Made by a program: the position numbers and the translations under genes. Below, piece after piece: positions 26,801-39,200 of a stretch of DNA of 64,000 nucleotides. Under the pieces are notes generated by a model that searched no databases, was not told the origin of the DNA, and worked only from the letters and a program-made list of their open reading frames with translations. Numbering within the stretch: position 1 is the stretch's first letter; the number at the start of each line of letters is the position of its first letter. Source of the stretch: a virus (taxonomy: Duplodnaviria > Caudoviricetes); the IMG/VR virus record IMGVR_UViG_3300027969_000041; one strand, given 5' to 3'.

Positions 26801-27224
26801 CAGTGATGAAATTATTTTTCAACCTGTAAAATATAAAGTATTGTTTAGTAGCAACGCAGATATTAATCTGCAAGCAACATTCAAGGCTGCAAAAAATTCT
26901 ACAAGACCTGTTAGCGACAATGAATTAAAAACAAGAATCCTATCTGCAATCAACGATTTCTTTAGCTTATCAAATTGGGATTTTGGTCAAACATTTTACT
27001 TTAGCGAATTATCGACCTATGTAATGAATCTATTAACACCAGATATCACAAACTTTGTAATAGTACCTAAATCAAACAACAATTTTGGAAGTTTATATGA
27101 GGTTGCTTGTGCAAGTAACGAAATTTTCATTAGCGGTGCAACTGTATTTGATATAGAAATCATCGATGCAATTACATCATCACAATTAAAAACAACATCT
27201 ATCGTAACTGGTACCGGAAGTTAA
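23865..27224 (+). CDS. gp6: Baseplate wedge protein gp6
   Basis: DFQSYDFETLR, ENFLETAQRRDSILRLA and QNRMVTAEDY motifs; ATAAATA at 23838-23844. Confidence 0.9.
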   Translation: MIPSTNNKLLVSEDWKKIYQSYRNADFQSYDFETLRRTMIQYLQENFPEDFNDFIDSSEYIALIDLIAFLGQNLSFRIDLNARENFLETAQRRDSILRLAQLVSYVPKRNTPANGFLKVTAVSTTDNVIDGNGINLANTTVGWNDPTNSNWYSQFLAIMNSSMAGSFSFGKPYDRQTINGILTEQYRINSANTDVPVYGFTKNIGGTSMAFEIVSSGFSGKTSIYEEAPRPANPLGLIYKNDNQGNGSNNTGFFAHFRQGSLSVANFAVDNPVPNEIVGVNTTNINNTDVWLWQLDSNNSYSTLWTKVSDVIGNNVIYNSLSNDVRNIYSVTSRDQDQVDLNFADGSFGNLPKGNFRLFYRQSNGLTYSIKPEQMSGIVIDVPYYNKNNQQHTLTLTLTLEYTVNNSSGTESNASIQSKAPQAYYVQNRMVTAEDYNIAPLTLGNDILKVKSVNRVSSGLSKYFDLSDVSGKYSKTNIFATDGIVYKDTKENIFEFEFTTRNEVFAVIKQQLATVISSTSMRSFYFDQYSRPLLLESTWLVPVPKQPRGYFNKDNGPVPVGTFNSDNFKYIEAGALIKFVPPSGKFFTANGNLTSAESTTTRKYIWSKVVQVVGTGAGTLDDGTGPVILSDVIPANSIPVEVIPKFVNVFSYAFETELVNLCLGQRNFGLSFDNESRSWNIISDTNLDILSSFSLASQGDKTNNSKDASWMIAFIWNSKKYTVRYRNTDFIFESEKETAFFVDADSINYDFTTDTIVKDQVNVLSINQSNTSTYVSLGKDYTWQIDNAVIEPDGYIEPKKVKVSFYDYNNLGQITDPDTFNNIVQPLTTSTNGYRDKFVYFKRLSDGLRYVLVDGIEAYPTPDAVGNNPDPSVLYYFYDQNYNVVNTYSTTTNAWVYQPEYFAYPGRSGLKFHYVHNSSEDRRIDPSKSNLIDVYLLTSAYDAEYRNWLTTGIGYEPLAPTSQSLEENFSSSLETIKTVSDEIIFQPVKYKVLFSSNADINLQATFKAAKNSTRPVSDNELKTRILSAINDFFSLSNWDFGQTFYFSELSTYVMNLLTPDITNFVIVPKSNNNFGSLYEVACASNEIFISGATVFDIEIIDAITSSQLKTTSIVTGTGS

Positions 27225-27225
27225 C

Positions 27226-30200
27226 ATGGCAAAACAAGTTATTAAATCGATCAATCTACTACCTGAGATTTTTAGAACAGGTAAGAATTCAAAATTTTTA
27301 GCAAGTACAATTGATCAATTAATCCAACCTCCGGATCTAGAACGAATTGATGGATATGTTGGATCTAAATTAACACCAACATATGTATCTACGACTGACA
27401 ATTATATTCCTGAGTCTCTATCGTTACGCAGAAATTATCAATTAGAACCTGCGTTGGTTATTAAAGATAATGCTTCTAATGTAACAGATGTTATCGGGAT
27501 TGATGACCTTGCCAACGAGATTTCTACCAAAGGCGGCAAAAGTGATAACTTTGATAGGTTGTTTAGATCCGAAGTATACTCTTATGATCCGCATATTGAT
27601 TGGGACAAGTTAGTTAACTACCAAGAATATTATTGGATGGTTACTGGACCCGAGACTATTGTTATTACAGGCGAGCAACGCAATACCACTAGCACTTATA
27701 CTGTGATAGACAATGGTACCGGATCTTCGTTTATTTTTAGTCCTGACGGGCTAACTGAAGATCCTGTAATTGAATTGTACAGAGGTAATACTTACCATTT
27801 TGAAGTTAAATCTTCATTTAAGTTTTTTGTTAAAACATCTCCCACCACAGGCAACGGTGATCAATATAACTATGGCATTACTAATAATGGAACATCTTCC
27901 GGTACCGTAACAATTGTTGTTGGTCAAAACACCCCTGACACATTATATTACACTAATGATAGTCAACAATTTATGCAAGGACAGTTTTCAATTAAATCTT
28001 TAGATCAAGATACTTCTATTGATATTGACTTAGCAATCGTAGGTAAGAAATTTTACACATCCGGACTAGGAGTTGAGCTAACTAACGGAATGAAAATAAG
28101 GTTTGGCGGAACTATTACTCCTGAATCTTATAGAGAAAAAGAATATTTTGTAGAGGGCGTTGGCAAAGCAATCCAATTAATTGATTATTCATTATTAACT
28201 GCTTCACAAAGTATTAAAAATGTTTATAATGATAACTTTGATACTACTGCGTTCGATGACTACCCGTTTGACAATTATAAAAGTTTACCCCTTGTACCAG
28301 AATATATCACTATCAATCGTGCCAGCCAGGATTTAAATCCTTGGTCTAAATATAATCGTTGGGTACACAGCAGTGCTATTAAAGCAAGTGCAGAAGCCAA
28401 TAATCAAATCCCTGTATATCCTGCTAACCAGCGAGCAAAACGACCTATCATTGAATTTGTACCAAATTTAAAATTGTTTAATTTTGGTTCAACTGGAATT
28501 GATGATGTTGATTATATTGATACAGTTACAACTGATGCATTTAGTAAAGTAGAAGGTTCTGCCGGTTATTATGTTGACGGAATTTTATTAGAGCAAGGTA
28601 ATACAGTTATTTTTAGTGCAGACACTGATTCAATTGTTCGTAATAAAGTTTTTCGAGTTAACTATGTTAAATTAAAAGGTAGTACTTATTTAGAACTACA
28701 AACAGTTTCGTCACCCGAAGCCGAAGCTAGTGTTAGTGTAAATTTTGGAAAAAAATATGCAGGTACTAACTGGTGGTTTGATGGATCTAATTGGAATTTT
28801 TCTCAACAGCACGATTCATTAAATCAAGCACCTTTGTTTGATCTGTTTGATAAATTGGGAAATCGATACAGCGACACTGTACATTACCTAAGTAGTTTTA
28901 GCGGTAATAAAATATTTGGTTATGAAATAGGTACAGGATCGAATGATACTGTTTTAGGGTTTCCATTAAAATATAAAAATAGTTCTGGAGTAGGTAGCTA
29001 CTTGTTTAAGAATTATTTCATGACTGATACTATTTCCATATCAGAAAGCAATCAAGTTGTTACTAAAATTTCTACTGCCGATACTTACCTTAAGTTTATA
29101 AACGACGAGACTTATACAAATGTATGGGCATTAACAGCTGATTATCAGATACCTATTTTACAATTTCAAACAATTGAAAATCAATCTACTTCTACAATTG
29201 CAATAACAGCAGTTGATAATCCTGCTATTGTAGATTTGCAATTAGATGTATTTGTCAATAGCGTTAAAATAGATGCATACACAACTGCAATAACCGGACC
29301 TAATTATTTTGTTAAGTTTACAAATGTTTTAACTCCTGGGGACAACGTCTTATTCAAAATATACACAGATGTTCCGGTCAATAATAACGGCTATTATGAA
29401 TTACCGTTGAGTTTGACTAATAATCCGTTAAACGGTCCAATTACTTCGTTAACACTAAGTGAATTAAGCGACCATTTGCATACTGCAATTCATAAATCTC
29501 CCGACTTTGTTGGAAATTTTCCAGGAGTAAGTAATTTAAGAGATATTTCTAATATTGTAGCGTATGGAGACAGATTAATTTCTAATGCTAGCCCACTGGC
29601 ATTTGCTAGTTTCTTTATTGGAAAGAAAAATCACAGTGTTATCGATGCTACTGCTAAGGCCGCCGACCAATATAATCAATTTAAGATTTCTCTTCTAAAA
29701 CAATTAGTTAAACTTGAAGATCAAACAGACCCGGTTGCCGCGCTTGACATTGCCTTAAAAGAAATTAATCTTGATAAAGATCTTTTATCTCCGTACTATC
29801 TCTCAGATATGATAGCCTACGGCACAGATAAAACTGTTAGAACATGGACGGTAACAGATGTACGAAATACAGTCTATCCTATTACATCTGATTTTAGACT
29901 CGATAAATTAAGTTTACGGTCTGTCTTAGTTTATCTAAATGGTGTACAACTTATTAATAGTGTTGATTACGAATTTGTAACTGACGATTCTACTATTCAA
30001 ATGTTAACACCACTTGTAGTTGGTGATACAATTACTATTAATGATTATTATAGTACAGCAGGTTCTTTTGTACCATCAACTCCTACGAAGTTGGGATTAT
30101 TTCCTAAATTTACTCCTAGAATATTTGAAGACACATCATACATTAGTGCTCCTGTAAATGTTATACAAGGACATGACGGTAGTATTATGTTGGCCTACAA

Positions 30201-33200
30201 CGATTTTAGAGATAACGTTATTCTTGAATTTGAAAAGCGTATCTATAACAACATTAAAACTTTGTACAGAGAAGATTTAATAGATATAAATTCTGTTCTA
30301 CCAGGTGCATTTAGATCAACCGACTACTCTGTTAATGAAATAAATGAAATACTTCAAAGCGACTTTATTAAGTGGGCAGGTTTTTACGGCATCGATTATT
30401 CTACAAATAATATCACCTTACCAGACGAGTCCCGTACATGGAATTTTCAAGGTGGGTACAGTGATGTAGTCGAAAAATCTGTTTCTGGATTCTGGAGAGC
30501 TGTGTTAAAATACTTCTATGACACTGACCGTCCGGACATATGTCCTTGGGAAATGTTAGGATTTAGTGAAAAGCCAACCTGGTGGGAAAGAGAATATGGT
30601 CCTGCTCCGTATACCTCTGGCAACGAAATGCTATGGGACGATTTAAAAACAGGTACAATCCGTCAAGGAACTCGAGCAGGAATACATTCAGTATATGCTC
30701 GACCTGGACTATATTCTATTTTACCAGTTGACAACTTTGGTAATCTAGTTGATACATCATCTTTGCTTTCTACAATTACAGAATACAATAAACGTCAAGA
30801 TTGGAAATTTGGCGACCAAGGACCTGCTGAAACTTCTTGGAGAAGAAGCAGTTACTGGCCATTTGCGGTTCAACGGTTATTAGCATTAACCAAGCCTGCT
30901 GTATATGCATCATTGATGTATGATACAAGTCGAGTAACAAAGAATCTTGCAGGACAGTGGACTTATGGTACCGATGGTGAATTTTTAAACATTAAAAATA
31001 TTTTTATTCATGATGATAATAAAACTTTAACCAGCGGCTATAGTGTATTTGTTTCTGAAACAGGACAGCAACGTTCTAAAGATTATATTAATGAATTAAA
31101 AACTGATTTAAGTAATATTGATTTTAATTTATTTTACAAAGTTGGTGGGTTTGTTAGCAAAGATAAATTGCAGATTCTTATTGATGCATACGACCCTACA
31201 ACTACCGGACCTGGCGCATTACTTCCACAAGAAGATTATAACTTAATCTTGAATACCAGTAACCCGGTTAAGTCTATTGGAATTTCTGGTATTATTATTC
31301 AGACTACTGACGATAAATTTACTGTACAAGGGTATGATACTGAGAATCCGTATTTTACAATTTATGAACCTACTAGAAATTCCTCTACACCTACTATTAC
31401 TGTAGGTGGAGTATCTGAATCCTATGTAACATGGACTGCAGGGACCACTAGCGGAAATACTGGATTGTCTGATGCAGATACTACAACAGCAGTAGCAGCA
31501 TCGTCTGGTAAATTCTATCAAGCCGGGCAGTTAGTTGCGTACGGTAATGATTTTTACAGAGTTAAAATTAGTCACCAAAGTGGCTCTACATTTAATACTG
31601 CATATTTTCAAGCCATAACAACTGTACCTTTAACTGGCGGAGCAACAGTACAAACTGAAAATGGTTTTAATTTTACACCTAAACTTGTTCCTTATAAAAC
31701 AGAATTTAACACTATTCAAGAAATCTACGATTTAATTATAGGTTATGGCAAGTGGTTAACAACTCAGGGATTTATATTTGACGAGTATAATGCTGATTTT
31801 AATTCTACCATTGATTGGTATTTTTCCGGGAAAGAGTTCTTATACTGGACTACTCAGAAATGGTCAGATCGTAGTATTATTACCCTAAGTCCGTTTGCAG
31901 GTAAAATCAAATATCAGCTAGCTGGAACAGTGGTAGATAATGTTTTTGATAGTTTCTATCAATACAGTTTATTAAATGCGTCTGGGTTATCTTTCCCACA
32001 AGGAAACATTTCTGTTAATCGAGATGACGGCGTCTGCTCAATCGAAACTGTTAATTCAACAGATGGAATTTATTTTGCAGTAATACACTCTGTACAAAAA
32101 GAACATGCAATGGTCTTTAACAGTACTACAATTTTCAATGATACTATCTATGATATTGAAACAGGGTATCGTCAGCGTAGAATAAAATTATCAGGATTCC
32201 GTACAGCAAATTGGAATGGAGATTATTTCAGTCCCGGTTTTATATACGACACTGCTCAGATTGCAGATTGGCAACAATATAAAGATTACAAATCTGGCGA
32301 CCTAGTTAGATTTGCAAGTTTTTATTATTCTGCAAATAACAATGTTTCGGGTACCACCTCATTCGATTTTACTCAATGGACTAAGTTGGGTGAAAAACCA
32401 GTTGCTGGTCTATTACCTAATTTTGATTATAAGATTAATCAGTTTGAAGATTTCTATAGTTTAGATATTGATAATTTTGATTCTGCACAGCAGAAGATGG
32501 CACAACACCTAACTGGTTATACGCCCCGTGTTTACTTAAACAATATATTCACAAATCCTATTTCACAATATAAATTCTATCAAGGATTTATCAAAGAAAA
32601 AGGTACCCGTAATGCTATCAACAAATTATCCAAAGCAACAGTACAAAATTTCCAAGGCGAAATTGATTTCAAAGAAGAATGGGCGTTCCGCATAGGCCAT
32701 TACGGTGCATTTGAGACATATAACGAAATTGAAATTCCGTTAAATGAAGGCGGGTTTATAGAAAATCCTCAGGTAGTTAACTTTGTTAATTCAGTACCTA
32801 CATCACCTAACGATTTAATTTATTATAGTGCTAGTGCTGATAGAGTAATCACTCCTGTAGATTACACAGCAAAGGATACCTTTCCAATTGACACAGATGA
32901 TGATTTTGAATATCAGTTATCTACTGCGGGATATGTTAGACTTGACGATGTAACAGCTACATCCTATGATGATGCAACACTTCTTGAAATTACCAACAAT
33001 GGCAGCATACAAGAAGGCGATGTTATTTGGATAGGATTTAAGAAGAATGGAGATTGGGGAGTATCTCGATATACCAGATCCGACGCAGGAGTTGTGGGTG
33101 TAACACTAGATACTAATACATCAGAGCTTACCTTTATAACTGATAATCTTCACATGTTATCAGAAGGTGACATAGTTTCAGTTTCGCAATTTGGCAACAC

Positions 33201-36200
33201 AGTTAACGGAATTTATACTGTTAAATCTGTGGTTGGAACTAACACTTTTATAGTAGATACTACCTTAACATTCATTGACAGCACTTTACTATCTGCAAAA
33301 GGTGCTTTATATTCTTTTGTATCTGCAAGATTTGACACATTTGATAATTTACCGTTAGACAATGATTTATTATCTTTACCTGATGGTACAAAATTCTGGG
33401 TAGATCGTGAAGAACTTGTTGCCGGAGAAAAAACTAATAAATGGAAAGTTTATCAAAAGGTAAACAACTTTACTGCAATCTCTAATACTGGTGCATATAG
33501 TAATGAACAAATTGGATACAGTATCAATAAGAAAAATGGCAACGATATGTTTGTCGTGGGATCTCCGGCATTTAACACTGGTACAGGTGTTTCGAGAATC
33601 TCTGGAAAAGTTGCACTATACGAAAAGATAGGAGATACCCACGCCGAAAGAGCTGAGTTTTTCTTAAATGATTTACCTGTTACATACTATAATGTTTCAT
33701 CGGCACCAGTTTCAGAATTTGGCCGCTGTGTTGTCTATGACGACATTGAAACTACTAATTGGCATCAATATTGGAAACCTTCTGTAACATATACTGCTGG
33801 CATTATTGTTCGATATGGTCGTTATTCTTACAGATGTATAACATCTCATACGTCAACGATTGATATAGATTTAACAAAATGGTATAAACTTAATTTTGGA
33901 TTAATATTCTCTGGAGCACCTGGAGTTAGTTATGCTGGCACATCTACATATACAACCTATGTTCAACAAGGGTTAGTAAAAATTAGTAGTATTAATTCTT
34001 CTTTGTTAGAAGAAGTTACAGAAAAGGTATTGTCTAATCCGGTAACAGCAGCCAGTTATCAACGATTTGGTTCTTCTATATTTGTACAACGTAGTACAGG
34101 TACTAAGGCAATGATAATTAGTGCTCCTGGTACAGCAAGTACAGGAACTGGCGCAGTGTATGCTTATAGTATTACTGCAAATACAAGTACAGTGGGCGTA
34201 ACATACAGCAAGGTATTAACTCCGCCAGTGACATTAAATGTAGGTAGTCAGTGGGGTCATGCTATCAGCGGATCAGATGATGCAAGTATTATTGCAGTTG
34301 GTGCGCCTGGGTACTCAACTAGTACAGGTGTTGTTGCTATATTCACAGGTACATCAGTATCCACACATTATCAAGCTATCACTTCACCGTTTGGTAAGTT
34401 AGCAAGATTTGGAGAAACAGTGTTTGTTTCTGCCGATGGTACAGAATTGTTTGTATCTGCTCCTAATGTTAGAAACAGTGACCGATCTTTCGGAGCAGTT
34501 GTTGTCTATTCAAGAACAACTGGAACATTTAATACATCAACATATCAAATTATAGCTAACCCTGCAAAAGGTGCAGGCATGCACTTTGGTAAAGCAATTG
34601 ATATTACCGCTGACGGCGGAATATTAGTAGTGTCTGCATTAGGAAACAGTAAAAATGTACATACTACCTTTGATACCAGCACAACATTTGATGCTGGCTC
34701 AACAAGCTTCTTTGGAAACTTTAAAGACTCTGGTACTGTATATGTATTTGAGCGTGAACGAAAGTCTAGTAGATATGTACTAGCAGACGATCTAGAATCT
34801 ACAGTAACCGTTGCCGGCTCGTGGTACGGCAATAGTGTAGCAGTTGATGACACTGCTATTTTGGTAGGTGCTCCTGCTATTACTGGTTTAACAACTTCGA
34901 CAATGTATCAGTTTAATAAAATTGATAGTACTATTACAGGATTTGAAGTAGTTAGTGAAAAAGACGATCCAATAATGATCGATGCTATACAAAAAGTAAC
35001 ACTAATTAATGCGTTTACCGAAGAAGTTGTAGATTATCTTGATGTAGTTGATCCTCTAAAAGGAAAAATTGTAGGTATTGCAGATCAAGAATTAAAATAT
35101 AAATCTGCGTTTGACCCAGCAGTTTATTCTGTAGGTACAACATCTACTGTTACTGATCCGGAGTCTTGTTGGGTAGATAATCATGTAGGTGAATTGTGGT
35201 GGGATTTAAGTACCTCAAAATATATGTGGTATGAACAAAGTGATTTAACATATAGAAAAAATAACTGGGGTAAACTATTTCCCGGAGCAACTATAGATGT
35301 TTATGAATGGGTAGTTTCTATCTATCTGCCAAGTGAGTGGAACACAAAATCTAATTCTGCAGCCGGCCTAGCTGAAGGTGTAAGCGGTCAACCTAAATTT
35401 ATTGACGATAGTACTGTATCTGTTAAACAAGTGTACGATCGAATGACTAATTCTTTTAGTAATTATTATTACTATTGGGTTAAAAATAAAATCACAGTAC
35501 CTAATGCTAAGAATAGACGAGTAAGTGCTTATCAAGTTTCTTCGATGATTGCTGATCCTACCGCTTACGGAATTAAATTTGCCGCAATTATTGATAGTGA
35601 TGCAATTGCATTGGCTAATGTAGGACCTTTATTAGTTGACAATAGAATCCATTTAAATGTTTCCTTAGATTCAACAAATAAAAATGAAGCACTAAAGCAT
35701 ACAGAGTGGTTGCTATTACAAGAAGGGTCTGCTACAAGCACTCCAAACACACTACTTGAGAAAAAACTTCTTGATAGTTTATTAGGACATGATAGTTTAG
35801 GTAATCCTGTACCTAATCCGACATTGTCTGCAAGAACAAGATATGGTATAGGAATTCGACCACAACAAACTTTATTCAAAGATAGACTAGAAGCACTACG
35901 CAATCTTGTAGAATTTACAAATTCTGTGTTAATTAAAAATCTAATTACAGACAATTATAGTTTTTCTAATCTAAACAAACAAGATAACATTCCTGACGAA
36001 TATAGTCATCAGTACGATCAAGTTGTTGAAGATAACGAAGGTTTATTAATTATAGATACTAGATTATTTTCTAGACCAGTATTAACATGTACAGTTGCTA
36101 ACGGAAAAATTCGTAGTGTTCAAATTGTAAATCCGGGATTTGGTTATAAGATTTCTCCTACAGTTTCTATTATCAGTGATGTTAAATCTGATGCATTAAT

Positions 36201-39200
36201 TACAACTGAAATTGATGACCTAGGTAGAGTTACTTCGGTAAAAATTGATAATCCGGGTAACGGATTTACATCTGCGCCGACACTGGAAGTTCGCCAGTAC
36301 ACTGTAATTGTTCAGGCTGATACACAATTTAACGGAAAATGGTCTAAGTTTGTTTACAACTTAGATACACACGCATGGACTCGCATTGGTACACAAACTT
36401 ATAATACACCGTTATACTGGAATTATATAGATTGGTCTAGCACTGAGTATAATCCTTACCTAGATTATACAGCAACAGTTGATGATGTTTATGAAGTTAA
36501 TAAATTAGATTTAACAACAGGACAATATGTTAAAGTTAAAAACGGAGGATCTGGATCGTATATTATTCTAGAAAAAGTCTCTGCAGATACAGTAGGAACA
36601 TTTGATGCTGAATATAATATTGTTTACAGCGAAAACGGAACTATCCAAATAGCTAACAGTATCTGGGATACAAAAAATAGTACTCTTGGATTTGATCAAG
36701 TTGGAAGTTTTGATCAAACATTATACGATCAAACACCCGACATTGAATTACAATATATATTGGCAGCGTTAAAGAACGATATATTTGTCAACGAATTAAA
36801 AGTTAATTGGAATTTATTCTTCTTTAAGGCAGTTAAGTATGCACTAACAGAACAAAAATTATTAGACTGGGCTTTCAAAACATCATTTATTAATGTTGTT
36901 AATAATGCAGGTTTATTAGATCAACGACCTGTTTATAAATTATCAAATACTGATTATTATGAACAATATTTAGAAGAAGTAAAACCATACCATACTAACA
37001 TCCGTACATTTACTTCTAAGAACAGTGTCACAGACCCTACACATACTTACACAACTGATTTTGATTTGCCATCTGTTTACAATAAAACAACCGGCTTGTT
37101 TGAATCAATTGAAATTGGCAGTGATAAATTATCACAATATCCTTGGAAGTCGTGGGCAGATAATAATACCTATGAAGTTGGGGCTATTAAAGTAGGTGTT
37201 AAGGGTAGCGGATATACTGTTCCTCCTACAATTGAAATTATAACTGCCCCCGGAGACACTGGATCTGGAGCAACGGCTAGGGCATTTATTAGTTCTGGAC
37301 AGGTTACTGGAATCGAAGTTACAAATCCTGGATCAGGTTATATGAAATCTCCGACAGTCTCTATTGTTGGCGGAGGTGATACTCAATTAACTAAAGCGGT
37401 AGCGTATGCTCAGTTATCTAATGGTAAGATTAGAACAAATCAAATTTCTATGAAATTTGACAGAGTAAGTTCAGTTGATCAAATTGGCTCAAATACAGTA
37501 ACAGATAAATTTATTTGCAACGGAGCAATAAGTGAATTTACATTAAATTGGTTAGCAAAAGCAAGCAAACTTGATATAACTATTACTCTTGATGGTAATA
37601 TTGTTTTAAGTTCTGATTATACCCTTGAATATTTTACAGAAGACTATAATGGTTACAATAAAAAGTTTTCTAAGATTGTTTTCTTAAGTTATGTTCCTGC
37701 AAGTAATCAATTATTAGAAGTTACTTACTTAAAAAATACAGACTTATTCAATGCAACTGAAAGAATATTAAATTATTATACTGCAACTTCTGGAATGCCT
37801 GGGCTTGATCTAGGCCAACTAATGTTAGGTATTGATTATCCTAAGACTAAAATTGAAGGATTGTTGTTTGATAAAACTCAATCATGGGATTTAGTATTTC
37901 CTAACGGTGAAGGAACACCATTTGGGCAAAGTTCCTATGCTGACAGTATTAGTTATTATACTAAGACAACTTCAAGTTTTACATCTACTATTGTTAATGC
38001 AGGAACACAGACTAGTGTTGTATTAAGTACTACAACTGGCATTGCAGTAGGACAATTTGTTAATGTTATTAGTACCACTACAAATGCATTTACATCTTCA
38101 ACTGTTAAAGTTAGTAGTGTTAACAAAGCTACTAGAACAATTGTTCTTAATACAACAACGGTGGCTACACTTAATACTGGATCTATATTTGAGTTCTGGA
38201 CATACGATACAAACTCTAGTTTATTAGATAGTGCAATTGATGGTGGTAATCTATCATATTCAACTGCGTTAGGTATTAATCCTGCCGACATCAACATTGA
38301 CGGAGATAGTTTCTTTTCTGCAAATACAAGTCATGCTCCGGAAGAGTTTGTTCCTGGACAAGCATCTGAAAGTATCGGTATTAATGTCTACACTAAAAAT
38401 CCACAAGGTGCTCCGTTAGTATTTTCAGGATCAATTCCTATTCAATCTAATACAGTAACAACGTTTGCATTAGGTATGCGACCTATTAGCATTAATAATA
38501 TTTCAGTTAGTTTTAATCATCAATTGTTATCATATGCTACTAATTTGCAGTTTTTAACAAATGTTGGTACACCCGAATATCAAATTAATTGGGAAACAAA
38601 TGAAATTATTATTGGTCCACAAGGACCTTCAGGATATGTGGGATATACTATTACTAGTATAGGCGGTGGCCGCCCAGATATCGAAGCCGGTGTGATTGAT
38701 ACTGCGGTCAGCGTTGGTCAACCATATGTTGGGTTTGAAGATATTAATAGCCCTGCTATACAAGTAGTAAGTTTGTCTTCATACGATACTGTTAAGAGTG
38801 TATATGTAACATTAAATGGTATACCAATTGCTCAAGGACCTTCAAATACAACTTATTATGTTCTCACTTATGCTAATGAAAATGATAACAGAGCAGCAGT
38901 TAATGTTAGAAATCTTCCTAGCAATCAAATCAATACAGTTCAAGCATGGTTTTTTGGAACGCAATACGATTATTATAACGAAATTAGAGAACAGATAATT
39001 CCAATTTCGACAACTACCTACGAGTACACGTTACTATACCCTCCGGGCCCAACCGAACCCGCTGCCGCTTCTGCAATTATTGAACATCATTTTGCTACTG
39101 GTTTAACAAAACGGTTAATACCACCTCACATTAATTATTATCAAATAACTACATCAACTGAAACAACTTTTGTTATTGATAATAATGGAGTGTTTAACGC